Both the position numbers and the translations under genes were made by a program. The notes under the pieces were generated by a model. The model saw only the letters and a list, made by a program, of their open reading frames with translations. It did no database searches and was not told the origin of the DNA. From Girardia tigrina (taxonomy: Eukaryota), in NCBI GenBank assembly GCA_001938485.1, contig MQRK01236279.1, positions 18,136 through 69,779 on the forward strand: a DNA stretch of 51,644 bases, read 5' to 3'. Positions 37,476 to 50,742 of the stretch are shown in pieces. Each line of letters opens with the position of its first letter. The first letter of the stretch is position 1.

Positions 37476-38682
37476 GAATGAAAATAAAGGTTCTGCGGAC
37501 ATTAGTGTTGACTTAGTTGAAAGAGATTCGGATCATTTGAGCGTGTCACAATTCATAAATAGACGACATAGCGACGACAGTCCCATGAAAGACGAAACTA
37601 CTGGGTTCCAAGCTAGACCTCGGTCTGTCTCTCATACAATCACGCTTCAGGCAATCAAAATAGATTCCAGTAAAATTCAAAGAGAATTCAACGAAGATGG
37701 AATTTATCGGAAAAATTCATTTCATTTGAGACCATTCGATCTTTCGCCACAAGCAAAAGGTAAAATATCTTATAGTATGGAATTTATAAATCACAAAAAA
37801 ACCCCATCATATGAGGAAATTAATGAGAGAAAAGTACGAAGTTTTGATTCGGAATTGATACGGAAAAACTCGAAATCCCTCAATGTCATAGGAGTTGAAA
37901 AATGCAAGTCAAAAGAACTAAGTAAATCTTTAGTATCGTATCTACAAAAACTCTCAAAAGCAAAATCGAAAAACTATGATGAAAAGAAAAAATCTTCGAA
38001 TAATACATCAAAAGTTTTCAAACATTCCAATAACATCGAGGTGTCTACCGATTTGGATTTGGCGTACTCCTGCCCATACCAAATGTCGAAGAACCATGAA
38101 AGTATGTACCCAAAAGACAGCAGTCAAGATAGTTCCGTCTGTATCTCATCGTTTGATTCTTCGGAAATGAACGAAGCGTTTCTTGCAGTCTCACGAGAAA
38201 TACATAATTCTTGTGACTCAGATTTGTGTTTTAAATCGGCAACCGTAAAACGAAAACAGTTCTTTCGGGAAAAAAGAAAACACATTTCCAGTTCAGCGGA
38301 ACCACGAAAACCGAATAACCAGTTTATCCAGTGTAGCAGCGCGAATCAGTCTATGGAAAGGGACTATAGCATTGATGAGAAGTCGAGTGCGATTTTCATA
38401 GAATTTTTACGAAATGATCCAAGTTTCGATAAATTCGTGATGGAAGAAAGTGTTCGTCAACGACTGCGCAGTGAAAGAGGCTTCAGTCATCATAATAGCC
38501 AAAATAGACGTCGGTCTAAAACGAGAGTCATTGACGCATTTAAAAGTGCCAGTTTCACGGACGGAGACAGTCACCCTCAAGGGAACGTTCACGCGAACTC
38601 CTACGAAAGTCAATCAGAACACGTAAATCGGTCTCCGTCGCCTATACCGATGATAATATTGTCCACCGCAAATCAATTTTAA
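37476..38682 (+). CDS. Large terminal exon of unknown Ser/Lys-rich, probably disordered host protein
   Basis: About 400 stop-free codons in AT-rich DNA; acceptor-like CTATTTTTAAG ends at 37475; AATAAA follows the stop; no TE motifs. Upstream exons were not identified. Confidence 0.75.
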
Positions 38683-38867
38683 TCATTTAAATTATTGATT
38701 TAATTAACAATTTATTAATGTAAATTCAGTTTGGTTTGTGTAAATCAATTTGTATTTGAATGATTTAATATTAAAATAAATAGAATCATATTTATTTTAA
38801 AGAAATAAAAAGTTATGTTCTTTTTATATATGTTTTCAGCTTTTTAAAGAGACTGTAAAGACTTTTA

Positions 38868-39379
38868 TAAGGGGATTGCAAAAGTTTGTGTCCGATTTGA
38901 AATAAAATTCAATAAAACATTTTAATCCGAATTCCTTTTTCTGAAGGGGTAAGGTCTGTGAAATACAGGTGCCGCCAGAAATCCCATTTTAATTCTTTCA
39001 TGCTTTCTAGCGTCTGGTCTTCGACATGTGGGCTAGAGTCATTGTTATACAGAATTATACATTACGATTGGGTCAAACTAGAATTCCTGCACTTTATTTC
39101 GATGTCTTGCTAATAGTACTTCTCCTCTGCTATTGCTTCATCAAGTCTATAAAAAGCTCAAAGAGAGTACTGAATTACAGCCATACCAAAAAATACTTTT
39201 AATAGATGCAAGTTAGCTTGAACAATACCTTATTTCCGGCTTCTTTTCAATCGGAAGTTGTTGCAGAGAATTCATTCTTCATCTAATGTTATGATTTGAC
39301 TCAAACAATCATCTTTTCCATAACTTGCAAAAAGAGATATTGCTGGACATCCGCACGTACTATGCAATCATCTGATAAT
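38868..39379 (-). mobile_element. Mariner relic
   Basis: TIR-like TA+TAAGGGGATTGCAAAAGTTTGTGTCCG; degenerate ITLDEE*ILCNN (ITGDEKWI.YNN) and NDSSPHV. Confidence 0.65.
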
Positions 39380-39472
39380 ATTTGGTTTGTGCAGGGTTTC
39401 AAAGTTTCTTTAAGTTATTCTAAAGAAGTATTTTTATAAATATTTTTAATAGATATTCTAAATATGTAGTTT
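39380..39472. repeat. 93-bp direct repeat, copy 1
   Basis: Identical to 40588-40680. Confidence 0.93.
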
Positions 39473-40127
39473 TAAAGACATCTCATATGTGGGCCATACT
39501 TTTTTTAATGTGAGGGTGCCAAAGTATGAGAACAATAATTTGGTAAGCACACATAGTGGACCGAATACAAAGTCTTGAGGTGTTAGCAGCGTGTGAGCAG
39601 TTACGGCATAGTGGCCTTGGCAGTGGCCTCCCTGGATGGTAGGAACATTTTAATCTCACCTGGAGGGGCAGGGTGTTCCCGAGATGACCAACCAAATTCT
39701 CAATCACATATTGTTAGTTATTCTCTTTAATATTCCGTATTTTATTCACAACCGCCATATCATCAAATTGTATCGTTTCTTTTGAACTTAATTGTCGTCA
39801 TTTTCTGAATATTTCTTTGATAATTTTTTGACCCGTTGACGTTTCTAGTATTAAAAGAGCTGTACAAGGATAAGTGTTTTGCTTCTGTAGCTGATCTTTC
39901 GGCCTTCAAATTATCTCAGGTCAAAGGATCTTCGATTGAAGAAGCCAGTTTATCCGTAGGTAAGGTACCACACCTTTTCAATCGACTCTTAGAGTTCCAC
40001 ATGTGTCTGACATCAATCTATTAGCCTCTGTAAAAATAAATGTTAAATTAATATACAAAATAAACTTGAAAAAAGATGGCAATTTTTTATTATAAACAAA
40101 TAAACGCCATTTAAAAATATATTTTAG

Positions 40128-40166
40128 GATAATATATTTCGACGGTTTAACCGTCATCATCAGATC
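40128..40166 (-). ncRNA. Minimal type I hammerhead ribozyme motif (inverted copy)
   Basis: Exact reverse complement of 40392-40430. Confidence 0.8.
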
Positions 40167-40391
40167 ACTGATTATGTTCTTTTTTATTGCTTTTATATAA
40201 GAAATGGATGATTATGCAATCACTTACGTAAGCCTAATCGAAAACTCTTAACAAATTATTTGAGAGTGCTGTTTGAACATTGATTTTAGGATCACATGAT
40301 CTTATCAACAATGCTTCACATGAAACTTTAAAAATTATTGATTAGAGTGTCATGTGAAGCAATAAAAGCAATAAAAAAGAACATAATCAGT

Positions 40392-40430
40392 GATCTGATG
40401 ATGACGGTTAAACCGTCGAAATATATTATC
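40392..40430 (+). ncRNA. Minimal type I hammerhead ribozyme motif
   Basis: GAT-CTGATGA-T-GACGG(TTAAA)CCGTC-GAAA-TATA-TT-ATC: conserved CUGAUGA and GAAA core, 5-bp stem II, palindromic short stem III. Confidence 0.8.
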
Positions 40431-40587
40431 CTAAAATATTTTTTTAAATGGCGTTTATTTGTTTAAAATATATAAAAAACAAAGATTTTTAAATTATGGG
40501 GTTTCGATATAGATTATATCAAAATTCAATATGATTCAAGAACCGTTATGTATATCAATGATAAATTCGGTTGATAATTTTTAAAAA

Positions 40588-40680
40588 ATTTGGTTTGTGC
40601 AGGGTTTCAAAGTTTCTTTAAGTTATTCTAAAGAAGTATTTTTATAAATATTTTTAATAGATATTCTAAATATGTAGTTT
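40588..40680. repeat. 93-bp direct repeat, copy 2
   Basis: Identical to 39380-39472. Confidence 0.93.
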
Positions 40681-41755
40681 CAGTTATTTTGGTTAATTAT
40701 GTCAAAAAAGTGGTTTTCCTAGATTTTTTGTTTTGATCGCTTTTTGCCAAAAAAAATCAGATTTATATAATGTATTAAAATTTATACAATTTTAGCAGCT
40801 TCATATTCTATAGGTGGTCATACAATAAGGTTGTATCGGCATAGAATTTATTCTTAACATTTCTATCATTATTAACAATAAAAGCATTTAAAATTTCAAA
40901 ACAAGAGCTGAGAAAGGAAAACCTAGAGTTCATTCATACAACGTTTCTGAACCTTCGAAGGATGTAACTAAGGAAGCAGGATCGATGAACTGTTCAAAAA
41001 TAAAAAACTTTGGTGAATATATTCTGTTTTCGAGTAATTCTTGTTAGATTCAATCTTCTTTCGAAAAGGATTATGATTAAGATTCACAGAAACTTTTACT
41101 TTTATTACAATTGATTGTCAGCAGAAATCGGTATAGATAAATAATAAATAACAAATGTAATGTAAAGCTTTTATTATGATAAATTACTATTTAATTTTGA
41201 ATTAAAATGACCATTTTATTCATAAACTTATTGGACTTTTTATTACTTTTGTGACTTGCCTGGAGTCAGTCACTCTGAGCATAGATACGGTATTTGGAAA
41301 GGTTTCTTTCAACCGCATCTGAATGAAGTTCACCACTGCAACGGAGGATTTCAGTCAGTCACGTTTAAACCCATCAACGACCTGTATCAACATATATCAA
41401 CGATCTACATTGTCTGTTTTTGCTCTTCAAAAAAATTTTTCAACCCGACTCCACTGAAATTATAAATAATAACCCAAACAAAAATTACAAATTATTTGAA
41501 ACTTTCTTTAACCACTTTTAGAACACTGAATTAACGAAAAGATTATTACGAAATAAAAATCTATTTTAATTAAAAATATTAAACATATGTGCCTGGATTT
41601 AAATTAAATAAAATAGTCATAAAGGTCAAATTGGTTTCCTGGAGATCAGAGGTGACAACCCTTTATCTTGAACAAAAATAATTTAAAGATATAGCCCGCA
41701 AATTATTTTACTCAATTTTACCAAGAACAAGTGACCAATAAGACGTGCAGCACTA

Positions 41756-42868
41756 CACTCTGTGCGCCACATTGCGGCCTAATACATTTATGTCGCACAA
41801 GGAGACGCTATTGATCGATGTAAATACTAAATGGCTTTAATTGAATAAATGATTAACATAAAGGCAGATATAGACATTCATTTCATAGTTTCTGTCACGT
41901 TTTTGGCTACATTATTTCACTTGTTCTGAAAATCTGTAATTGTCTGTGCCCTCTTGTTTGTCATCTTTAATTGCCTTTTTACAAGGGCCCAATATATTTC
42001 GATTGAGTGAAGCTCTGGACAATTTGGTGGATTTGCTTCTGAACCAAATCGACGTTATTGACTTCGTACTACTTCTTGGCTGCCTTACAATAGTGGCATG
42101 ATACCGAATCCGGCCAAAAGAAAGGAAGACCTCCGGCAGACTTATGAATGGTAATAAACGCTTTTGTAAGCACTCCTTCACTGTGTTTATTGTGCCAGAT
42201 GTAACAAAGCATTTACTGCTTTTCCAGCATCCAAATATATCCTGCCAAACAAAATTTTAAGTTGCAAAGTAAAATTATTGTCCGGGTAGCTACTTGCAAC
42301 ATTTTTTCTTCGTAAGAAAACGGAACTTCAACTTTCTGTCTCGCTGCTGTGCCTTTACGTTCTTGTTAGCGTTCCAGTCTGGTATTGTTTGAACTTTATA
42401 CGTTTTAAAACCCACATACTGTTTAGTTTTCCGAACTGTTTTCTCGCTACAATTTGCCTTTACCGCCAGTTTTCGATTTGATAGACGATTATTTCTCTCT
42501 AACAGAGCCTTTATTTTCTTTACATTCTGTGTACACGAAAAACCCTTTCTTCTTTCCGAACCAACTTTTCTAAAAACGTTCAAGTTCTCATTGAAATTTT
42601 TAATAACGTTAGAAACGTTTTCTGACAAACCTTTCTGACAATTGTTTTCTGACTTAATTGTGGATTTTTTTGAAATAAACGAATAATTAATTCGCGACTT
42701 CTTGTTTCTGACGACAGATTCATGAAAAATGAAATTTAAAAATGAATACTATAATGAATTTTATTTTGATTTATTCACACAACAGCCTACTTAATTAGTT
42801 TTTGTAATTTGAGAATTTATGTTGGAGTTATAGAGATTTAAAGTTAGTAACATTTGTCGCACTCAGTC
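41756..42868 (-). mobile_element. Tc1/mariner superfamily element, DD37E-like, degenerate
   Basis: KECLQKRLLPFI, FWPDSVSCHY...NPPNCPELHSIEIYWA (D-E spacing ~36-37 across a frameshift); degenerate TIRs, so boundaries are approximate. Confidence 0.78.
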
Positions 42869-43383
42869 CTTATGATGAATTTAGAAGATGGATTAAGAAA
42901 AATTTATTGAAGTTACAATTGAATTATTTGAGACAAATTCTGATCAGATTTTTAAAGGCTTTAAATAAATGTTGAGCCTTATTGTGTTTTGATTATACTG
43001 GTTTACAAAAACAATCATCAGAAAAAATACATTATGTATTCTCTCTTCGGCATCACAACATATCGTTTATATATGAACTTTGCAAGTTCATTAAAATAGA
43101 GACAAACAGTACAGTTAATTTTCTCAAACAAATGATTTGTATTGAACTTCCTTTAGTATCCACCCTCCGATAGGTTCTTTACCAAATTACAGTAATGATC
43201 TTGGAACATTGGAGACCCCTTCTTCTTAAATTCGAATTTCATTCTGCTAAGATCCTAAGGAAATTTCTCATCATGTTCGTCGTCTACTGCTCCGAGATTG
43301 GGAGAAAATAAATCTAAGGGGACTTTGAGACTCTCATTTCATCTCATAACTTGATTAGTTTCTCAAAAATGTCTTTGTGATTA

Positions 43384-43957
43384 CACCAATACCTCTCGTT
43401 GCTTCATGGTTACGTTCCAAAAAAACACGACGCAAATTTTTGTCACGAAGCTGATGGTTTTTTTTCATTTTTGCTAATTCCACCAGCAGCGCCCTTTCTA
43501 CTCATTTGGCTAAAAATATTACAAGTGTATGTAAAAAAATAATATAACTCTGCCAATAAATAAATTGGAAAAATATTTACCTTTTTTGTAATCAAAAACA
43601 ACCCTTAAAATTCATAAAAAATTATTATTCTCATTTTAAAAAAAAGCACAACACACTACATCATTGAAACTGAACTCTAAAATTAGACAAAGAAAGTGAA
43701 AATAAAACTGTATTAAAATTACATTGATTTTCAGTTGGAAAGGGAATCCCCGAGTTTTTATGGCATAGCGCAATTTGAAACAAAAGTGGTGCTATCTTTT
43801 AGAAAAAAACAGTAAATTTCAAAAAAAATAAAGTCTCGAACCAAAAACAACGTAACCTGTAAAATCTAACGACACACAGCGAAAATTAGCACTAATTAAG
43901 CAGCGATGAAACTTCGAAAAAATGCAAAACGAAACGACGCAAAGCGAGGTATTGGTG
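43384..43957. mobile_element. Non-coding MITE with TA flanks
   Basis: TA-CACCAATACCTC ... GAGGTATTGGTG-TA; 574 bp. Confidence 0.75.
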
Positions 43958-44810
43958 TAAACTGTCGTTTATTCCTAAGAAATTTTTCACGAAATTCTTG
44001 AACCTGACGCACATGTCTATTTCATTTCCATGTCAGCTACTGCTGAACTATTGAGTCTACTGCTGAACCTGAAGAATTCACGCATTAACGAATATTATCT
44101 ATCGTAATCTCGCTTCAATGATTCTGGGAAATAACAAGCGAAGATGGTGGAATGCCTAAACATTTTTCATCAAATGTTTTAAAAAATATTGTGTAGATCA
44201 GTGTTAATTATTAATATCGATTTGGTCTGGATCTATGAGACTAAAAACGTTCTTACTGATAATCGACCCGGCTGACATGAACACTGCGGCGGTGTGCATC
44301 ATATCACTCATATTAAAACCTCGCGAGAGTCTTATGAACCATATCGGATTTTTCTGCCCTATTGGTGATCGGATTGGGAAGATACTAAGTGAAAGTGACG
44401 TCCGCCTACACAGAGCGCCATCGAGAAACGTCCTTGGACCCTGAACCCCTGCACCGGTACCTGGAAGATTTTCTGGGACTCTTTCGAGCAGAAACATCGA
44501 CGAGTCAAACAATACATCGTTATTTGATTAATTTCAGCATTTGTACTGCTCGTCCTCACTCTCTTAATCGAGCATGATTTACATTTTAAATTGAAACATA
44601 AGATTTTTAAAATTTAAATTATTAAAAAGAAACGACTAATTTTGTTAAAGTAAAAAAAAAGTTTAATCTAAATTTCAAAAAATTGATTGAATAAAAGTTT
44701 TTGAAATAAAAATAAATTTAAATGATTTTTAAGTAAAATTTAAGATGAAATTATTAAATTGATCAATTAAAAGTTTTTAAAATGAAATCATTAAAATTAA
44801 TTAAATTGTA

Positions 44811-45361
44811 TTGAGTTGAGGAATAAGTTCCCGTCGTTTTTTGAAAAATTAAAATTTTATTTTTTAACAAAAAAGTTACTACAAATTAATCACAAATATA
44901 ATCTCCGCCATTGTTCACGACTTCTTCCCAACGTTCAACGAGTTTTTCAATGCCTCTTTGGTAGAAATCGCCCGGTCTTGAGTCGAAGAATTCCGCCAAC
45001 CAAACTTTGTTGAACGAAACACCACGCTTTAAATTAAATTTTGCGAACCAATCACGAGGGGTACTATCAGCTATAGCACCTTTTCCGTATACAGCACAAA
45101 GCTCTCTAGCAGCGTCTGCGGCTTTGGCGCCTCGATTATACGATAACAATAGATTGTGTCGGAAATGCTCATTTTTGTCGACTTGACACTCCATTTCAAT
45201 GGTCTAAAAATCGACAAAAATTAATCTGAATAAAAAACCAAAATACACCATTTTTTAGAGCGAAAAAATAGCTTTCAAATAACATTACATCAAAAAATTT
45301 GATTTAAATATTAAATTGATTAAAAATTCAAAAAACGGCGAGAACTTATTCCTCAACCTAA
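44811..45361 (-). mobile_element. 551-bp internally deleted mariner
   Basis: TIRs and TA flanks are intact; ORF 44886-45194 fuses the N-terminal HTH (MECQVDKNEHFRH...DWFAKF) to the C-terminus (FYQRGIEKLVERWEEVVNNGGDYICD). Confidence 0.93.
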
Positions 45362-46902
45362 TATAAAATCAAAATCTTTGTTTAAATTACTTATTAGAAA
45401 ATCTTATCGATTTAGTTAAATGTCGACTGACGAAAGGTTTGTTGAGAGTTGTCCTAGAAACAATTCGAATTGTGATAATAATTGAAATATTACAGCACTT
45501 AATTTATTTTGTTAGATCAAAATCAAATAGTGATCAATAAAAAATCGATAAAAAAGTATTGATCAATTAAATATTTGAAAAGAAAATTATTTCTTCGATC
45601 GTTTTTTTATTAATAATACCAATAGAGTTGGGATTTTGTTGTTGGTTTGTTGAACAATCAGATGATCACTAATTTAGCGGATGAAAAGAAACAGGACAGG
45701 AGCAGAGCGGAGAAAGTAATGAAAATAATACGCTTGACAATTATACTCGATTTACCCTGTCATCGAGAATGAAAGAAATTGCCAAGGAAATTATTAAACC
45801 GGCTATTGAATAAGCCCAAACAGCCGAGATTACATGGCTCCAGTTGCATAATTGGCTGAACTCCAACCGGAAAATCATTCAAATTATTATGTCACGCAGC
45901 AGATAAAGAATGGAAATTTAGTTTGGTCATATTAATTGTTCTTGATTTTCTGTTTAAATCGAGATCATAAAACCAAGACAACTTTTATCAAATAATTGCT
46001 TTTTAATTTTCTTATTTGATATCATTAGAACGAAACTAATTTTTCGAAAAATCAAATCTGTTTGTTTTAATTTTAATATATTTTTATGTCTTTTTGTTCT
46101 TGGGTCTCTTTGGAAACTTTGTCGATATTTATAGACGGGGGCTTGTTAAGTACTCGAAAGTCTTATGGGAGATGTACTACACTTGTACTCTTTTGAATTG
46201 AAGACATTGTTCTCCAGTCCCAATTTTTTAGTGACCGTAGCCAGCAAAATTACCTACCAGTCATTTTAAGGACAAAAAGTTTAAAAATAGAAAAAAACAA
46301 CTCATAAAACCTTTAAAATATTGTAAAATTATTTTTTTTAAAAACATTCCGTCAAAATGATTTAAATAAAATATTTTATTTTTTAGAATTTTGCTGTTAG
46401 TCCGACTGAGCCCTCTTTAATGAATTATTTTTTGAAAAACATTCCTGTGTAATGTTGTTTGAAATTAGTTGATAATAATAGAAATTGAAGCGACTTTGAG
46501 TGATATTCGAGAAGTTTTGTCATACTCACAGAAACGCTCTGAAACTTTCGTTTTTGATAATGATAATTTGAATGTCGTTAAACGTGTTGTCTGATTTAAA
46601 ATTCAAGTCAATAAATAGTTATCTTATTAAAATAAGATCTAATTATTGAATTCTTGAATTAATGATTCCTTAACTGAATTGATTAAGTAATAGATTCTTA
46701 AGATCAATAATCTTTTTTAATATACATATCTTTTATATTGTGATCAATAATTGAAGTCTTGAAAACGCAAAACTTTATTTCTATAACAATTAACTATTAT
46801 TAAAACACTTTTTGTTGAGGAACTTGTCTTTTGTTTTCTTTCCGACCAGATTGATCATACGTAAAAATATTAAATTATAAATATTGATATGTTATTTATT
46901 AA

Positions 46903-47830
46903 AAACAAATAAACGTCATTTAAAAATATATTTTGATAATATATTTCAACGGTTTAACCGTCATCATCGATCACTGATTATGTTCTTTTATATTGTTTTT
47001 ATATAAGAAATGAATGATTATATAATCACTTACGTAAGTCTAATCGAAAACTCTTAACAAATTAGTTGAGAATGCTGTTTGAACATTGATTTTCGGATCA
47101 CATGATCTTATCAACAATGCTTCACATGACACTCTCTCCCAATAATTTTTAAAATGTTTGCACAAAATCTTAAAATCATTAATGCTCATATTACATTTAA
47201 ACGTTTTTTTATTCTCAGCAATATTACTCTTTCCTCCTTTTTGACTGTGTTCTTGGACTCTTGAAGAGATGACGGGCAGTCTCTCTGATATACGTGGCAT
47301 TGCACCCATTACATGTGTATTGATAAACAATGTCCGAACACAATCCTAAAGGAGTATGTGATTTATTGCAAAACATATTCTCAACTTTAAATGATTGAGA
47401 AATAATTTTTAAATTTAAAATATTATTTGTTGATTTCAAGATCGAATTCTTGAGGTATTTAAAACCCTCGGAGTAAGGTAAGCTTAGAGTATACCCAGGT
47501 GTAAAGCAGTTTTCCATGTTTAAACTATTAATTTGTTCATTATTGATTTTTTTTCAATTATTTTATCTAGAGTCTCACGAGTGAGTCGGTCTATGATGGA
47601 CTTAAAGTAACCGTTATTATTCAATAACTTGCTCAATGTATCAATACTTTTAATATATTTCGAAAACGTAGAATAAAGAGACCAAGAGCGCTTTAACAAA
47701 CCTTTGATCATATTCCTTTTACATTTAAACTCACAAAAACTGTTTATGGAGGTGTACAAACCAGTATCAGTTTTCTTTCGATATATTTCAGTTTCATAAT
47801 GATCCTTTTTCTTTCAATTAACAAATCAAG
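46903..47830 (-). mobile_element. Penelope-like retroelement 3' half (RT thumb + GIY-YIG endonuclease)
   Basis: YRKKTDTG, NNGY, LSLPY, IVYQYTCNGCNATYIRETARHL, EALLIRSCDPKINVQ. The 3' UTR carries a damaged hammerhead (CGATGA, ~46935-46972). Confidence 0.92.
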
Positions 47831-48992
47831 AATTCGACCGCACGAGTACAAGTTTATGAGTAAAATTAAGTAAAACAGGAATGTAGACAATTGGAAAAAA
47901 CATGCATTTAAGAATTCATGGAATTTTTGGTGTTTAAAAAATTCGCAGACACTTCTAAGGCCAACTTGACTAACACAAGATTTGACAAAGAATTAGGTAC
48001 TGTTGTAAGAATTATTAGTCAGATATCAAAATGTTCAAACTGTATAAGGAATGAAAGAGGACATAGTTTTTAGTAAGCTGTTGGATCTTCCTCAGAGTTG
48101 TCCGATAATTCAAGACAGAAAAGCGCGTTTACTAAGATCTTTGTTTCTATAAATCATTACTTATTTAATTCCATGAAAATTTTAATGGAGGAAAAGTATT
48201 TTAGGTACCGGAAAAAATAATTATCTCTCCTCGCACAAAATTCCAGTGGCCTCTATAAACTATTAAAGTACTATTTATTTTAGATAATAAAGAAGTCAAT
48301 AAGCGATTTAATGCCGCGATTATATAAATCAGAGATTTTGGGAGTAGAAAACGATCAAATTTTATTTTAACATCTCCACCATTATTATCATCATCATTTG
48401 TAAATGGTTTGGTCTGACAATTTGATAATGCCAGATAAATGTAAATCATTGTGGAGATACATTGTATGGGGTTAAACGTCTATCAACTTGTTATTGGTCT
48501 TGATTCCAGTATATGGTCGTGTATTATCTTTGAGTAGTGGAATTACTTTTCTGTTTGCAAATGGAGCTGAAGTTTCTAGAAACGTTTTGGGAGTTACAAT
48601 AATCTGAATATACCAGCAAATAATCCACGTACGTTATTCCCTGTGAAATCTATAAAACTGCCACCTTAATTTTTCTCCAATAAATAGCATTCTTCGCATA
48701 TGTTTCAAAAGGAACTCTGTACTCACTTTAGTGCCTTGATGTTCTGGAAATGTGATAGGTCACTTAAGTAAACGTATAGGTCACTTAAGTAAAGATACCA
48801 CATGGTTAAACCAGTCATTTTGTAGTTTTTACTCAATATATGTGGTGGCCATTTTGCAAACTGTAGCATAAAACTAATAGCAATGAGACACTGCTTCATA
48901 TTTTATTACTTTCCACTGTCTTCACATATTGAACGTAGATTTTGGTATCCAAACTTTTTTGAATGTCTTCGTCTTCCCATGCTGATGGGATA

Positions 48993-50359
48993 CGCCGACT
49001 TTACCTCGGCGACTTTACCGCGGACGACTTTACNNNNNNNNNNNNNNNNNNNNNNNNNNNNNNNNNNNNNNNNNNNNNNNAAAATTTTCAATAAGTGAAC
49101 AATATCATCTAAAATATGATAAAAATTTTTAATTATGTTATGATAAAACAATGAATCATACACGGGTTTAATTTTAAAACATAAATGGATAGAAAATTTC
49201 AGATCGACATGACATTTAATTATTCTTTTTAATATAAAAAATAAACAAACAACATACGAAAAATTAGTAAAATTCATAATTTAAAAAATTCAAATAACAT
49301 TCTAGAACAAATGAATAACACACGAAAAAATGTGATGTGTAAATAGAAGAAAGATAGAAAAATATTAAACTGATATATTAAAATAATGGAATAGTAAATA
49401 TATACTTTAATCCAAAAAGTTTAAATTATGAGCAACGCCTCTAAGATAATCCAATATTGGTAAATTATTGTGTTGCTCAACGACACGTTCAATCCTCTCA
49501 CTTACTTTGGCATAAATTTGCGATGAGAATTATGGGAATTCTTCAATTCTAATGAGAATTCTAATGTGCTGCAAAATTATTTCAACAAAATCTTGTTCAG
49601 TACGAAATTGATTTATCAAACTATAAACAGTTGGGTGATTGCAAGCGATAGAATTTTGAAACGCACGAAGCCAACCTTCTATTGCATTGGTTGTGCGTGG
49701 TAGATGAGAAATAACGCGGTCATATACATTCCAACACTGAATTGAATATCGAGGACGTTATCCTCGTTCTCCACGAGCACGGCCAATATATGTATCCTCA
49801 AACTATGCAAAGACATCATCGAGTTCTGGATAATCATTAGAAAGATCATGTAAAACCAAAAAGACAGTGATAACATCATCCACAGGAACAAACACTATAG
49901 CCATTATTGATTTCAGAATGGTTCTAATTTCATCATTGTTTGAATAGAGATCCGGAAGATTTGATGTTTCTTTTATTTTTTCCAAATTGATTGGTTCCGA
50001 TGAAAAAACAGCCTTTATTCCAAGCGATAAGAATAGCCTACATACGCAACAATCGGATTTCCAGATTTTGAAGTAAAGAATTGAAGATTCATGCTGAAAA
50101 AAGTGATAGAAAATTTTTTAGAAATTTATAATATTTTAAGGTATATTTATAAAGGTATATTAACGTAAATGGAAAATTTTATTATAAATATTATATTTTA
50201 ATAAAGTATTATTCGGTAATAATGGCAAAAAATATCTTTATTAAAAGTTTTAAGAAAATTGAATTTATTTAATTATTTAATATTAATATTATAAATTTTT
50301 AATATTTTTTTCTGAAAAAATCCGCGATAAAGTCGCCCGCGGTAAAGTCGCCTCACTTC
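48993..50359 (-). mobile_element. Mutator (MULE) element, internally deleted
   Basis: Inverted arrays of CGACTTTACC at both ends; MAIVFVP...FEDTYIG...WNVYDR...PRTTNAIEGW...HPTVYSLI. Possible TSD TGATG(G)GATA at 48983-48992 and 50360-50368. Confidence 0.85.
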
Positions 50360-50742
50360 TGATGGATACCCTGAGTCGTCAAGTTCTTTCATATCCAAAA
50401 CTAACAACATACAACTTCATTTGTTACAAAGTCTTCAATAAAGAATTTCGTCTTACCTTTCCAGCAACAGATGCTTTAAAACCATATTTGTACTCATAAA
50501 GCAAAAAAGTACGAATCTGAAAACTTGAATACGTCATTTGTAGTGAAAAATAGTCAATAATTAATTCACGATTTAATTTGATTTTTTTCATTAAACTATA
50601 TTAACTTTGCAGAATATTTGAAAGATTTTCATATATATAATAATGAAGCAGGAAAACCCGTTAAAAATAAATATTTTATTTATTTATTTTTTGGTTAAGT
50701 CGATCCAAGCGGCAAATGTTTCAATCAAAATGTACGTTTTTA

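Larger units (their letters stand above)
40093..40465. mobile_element. Truncated Penelope insertion with inverted terminal duplication
   Basis: 40093-40327 matches the Penelope 3' end at ~46903-47133; arms 40093-40196 and 40362-40465 are ~104-bp inverted repeats. Confidence 0.88.
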
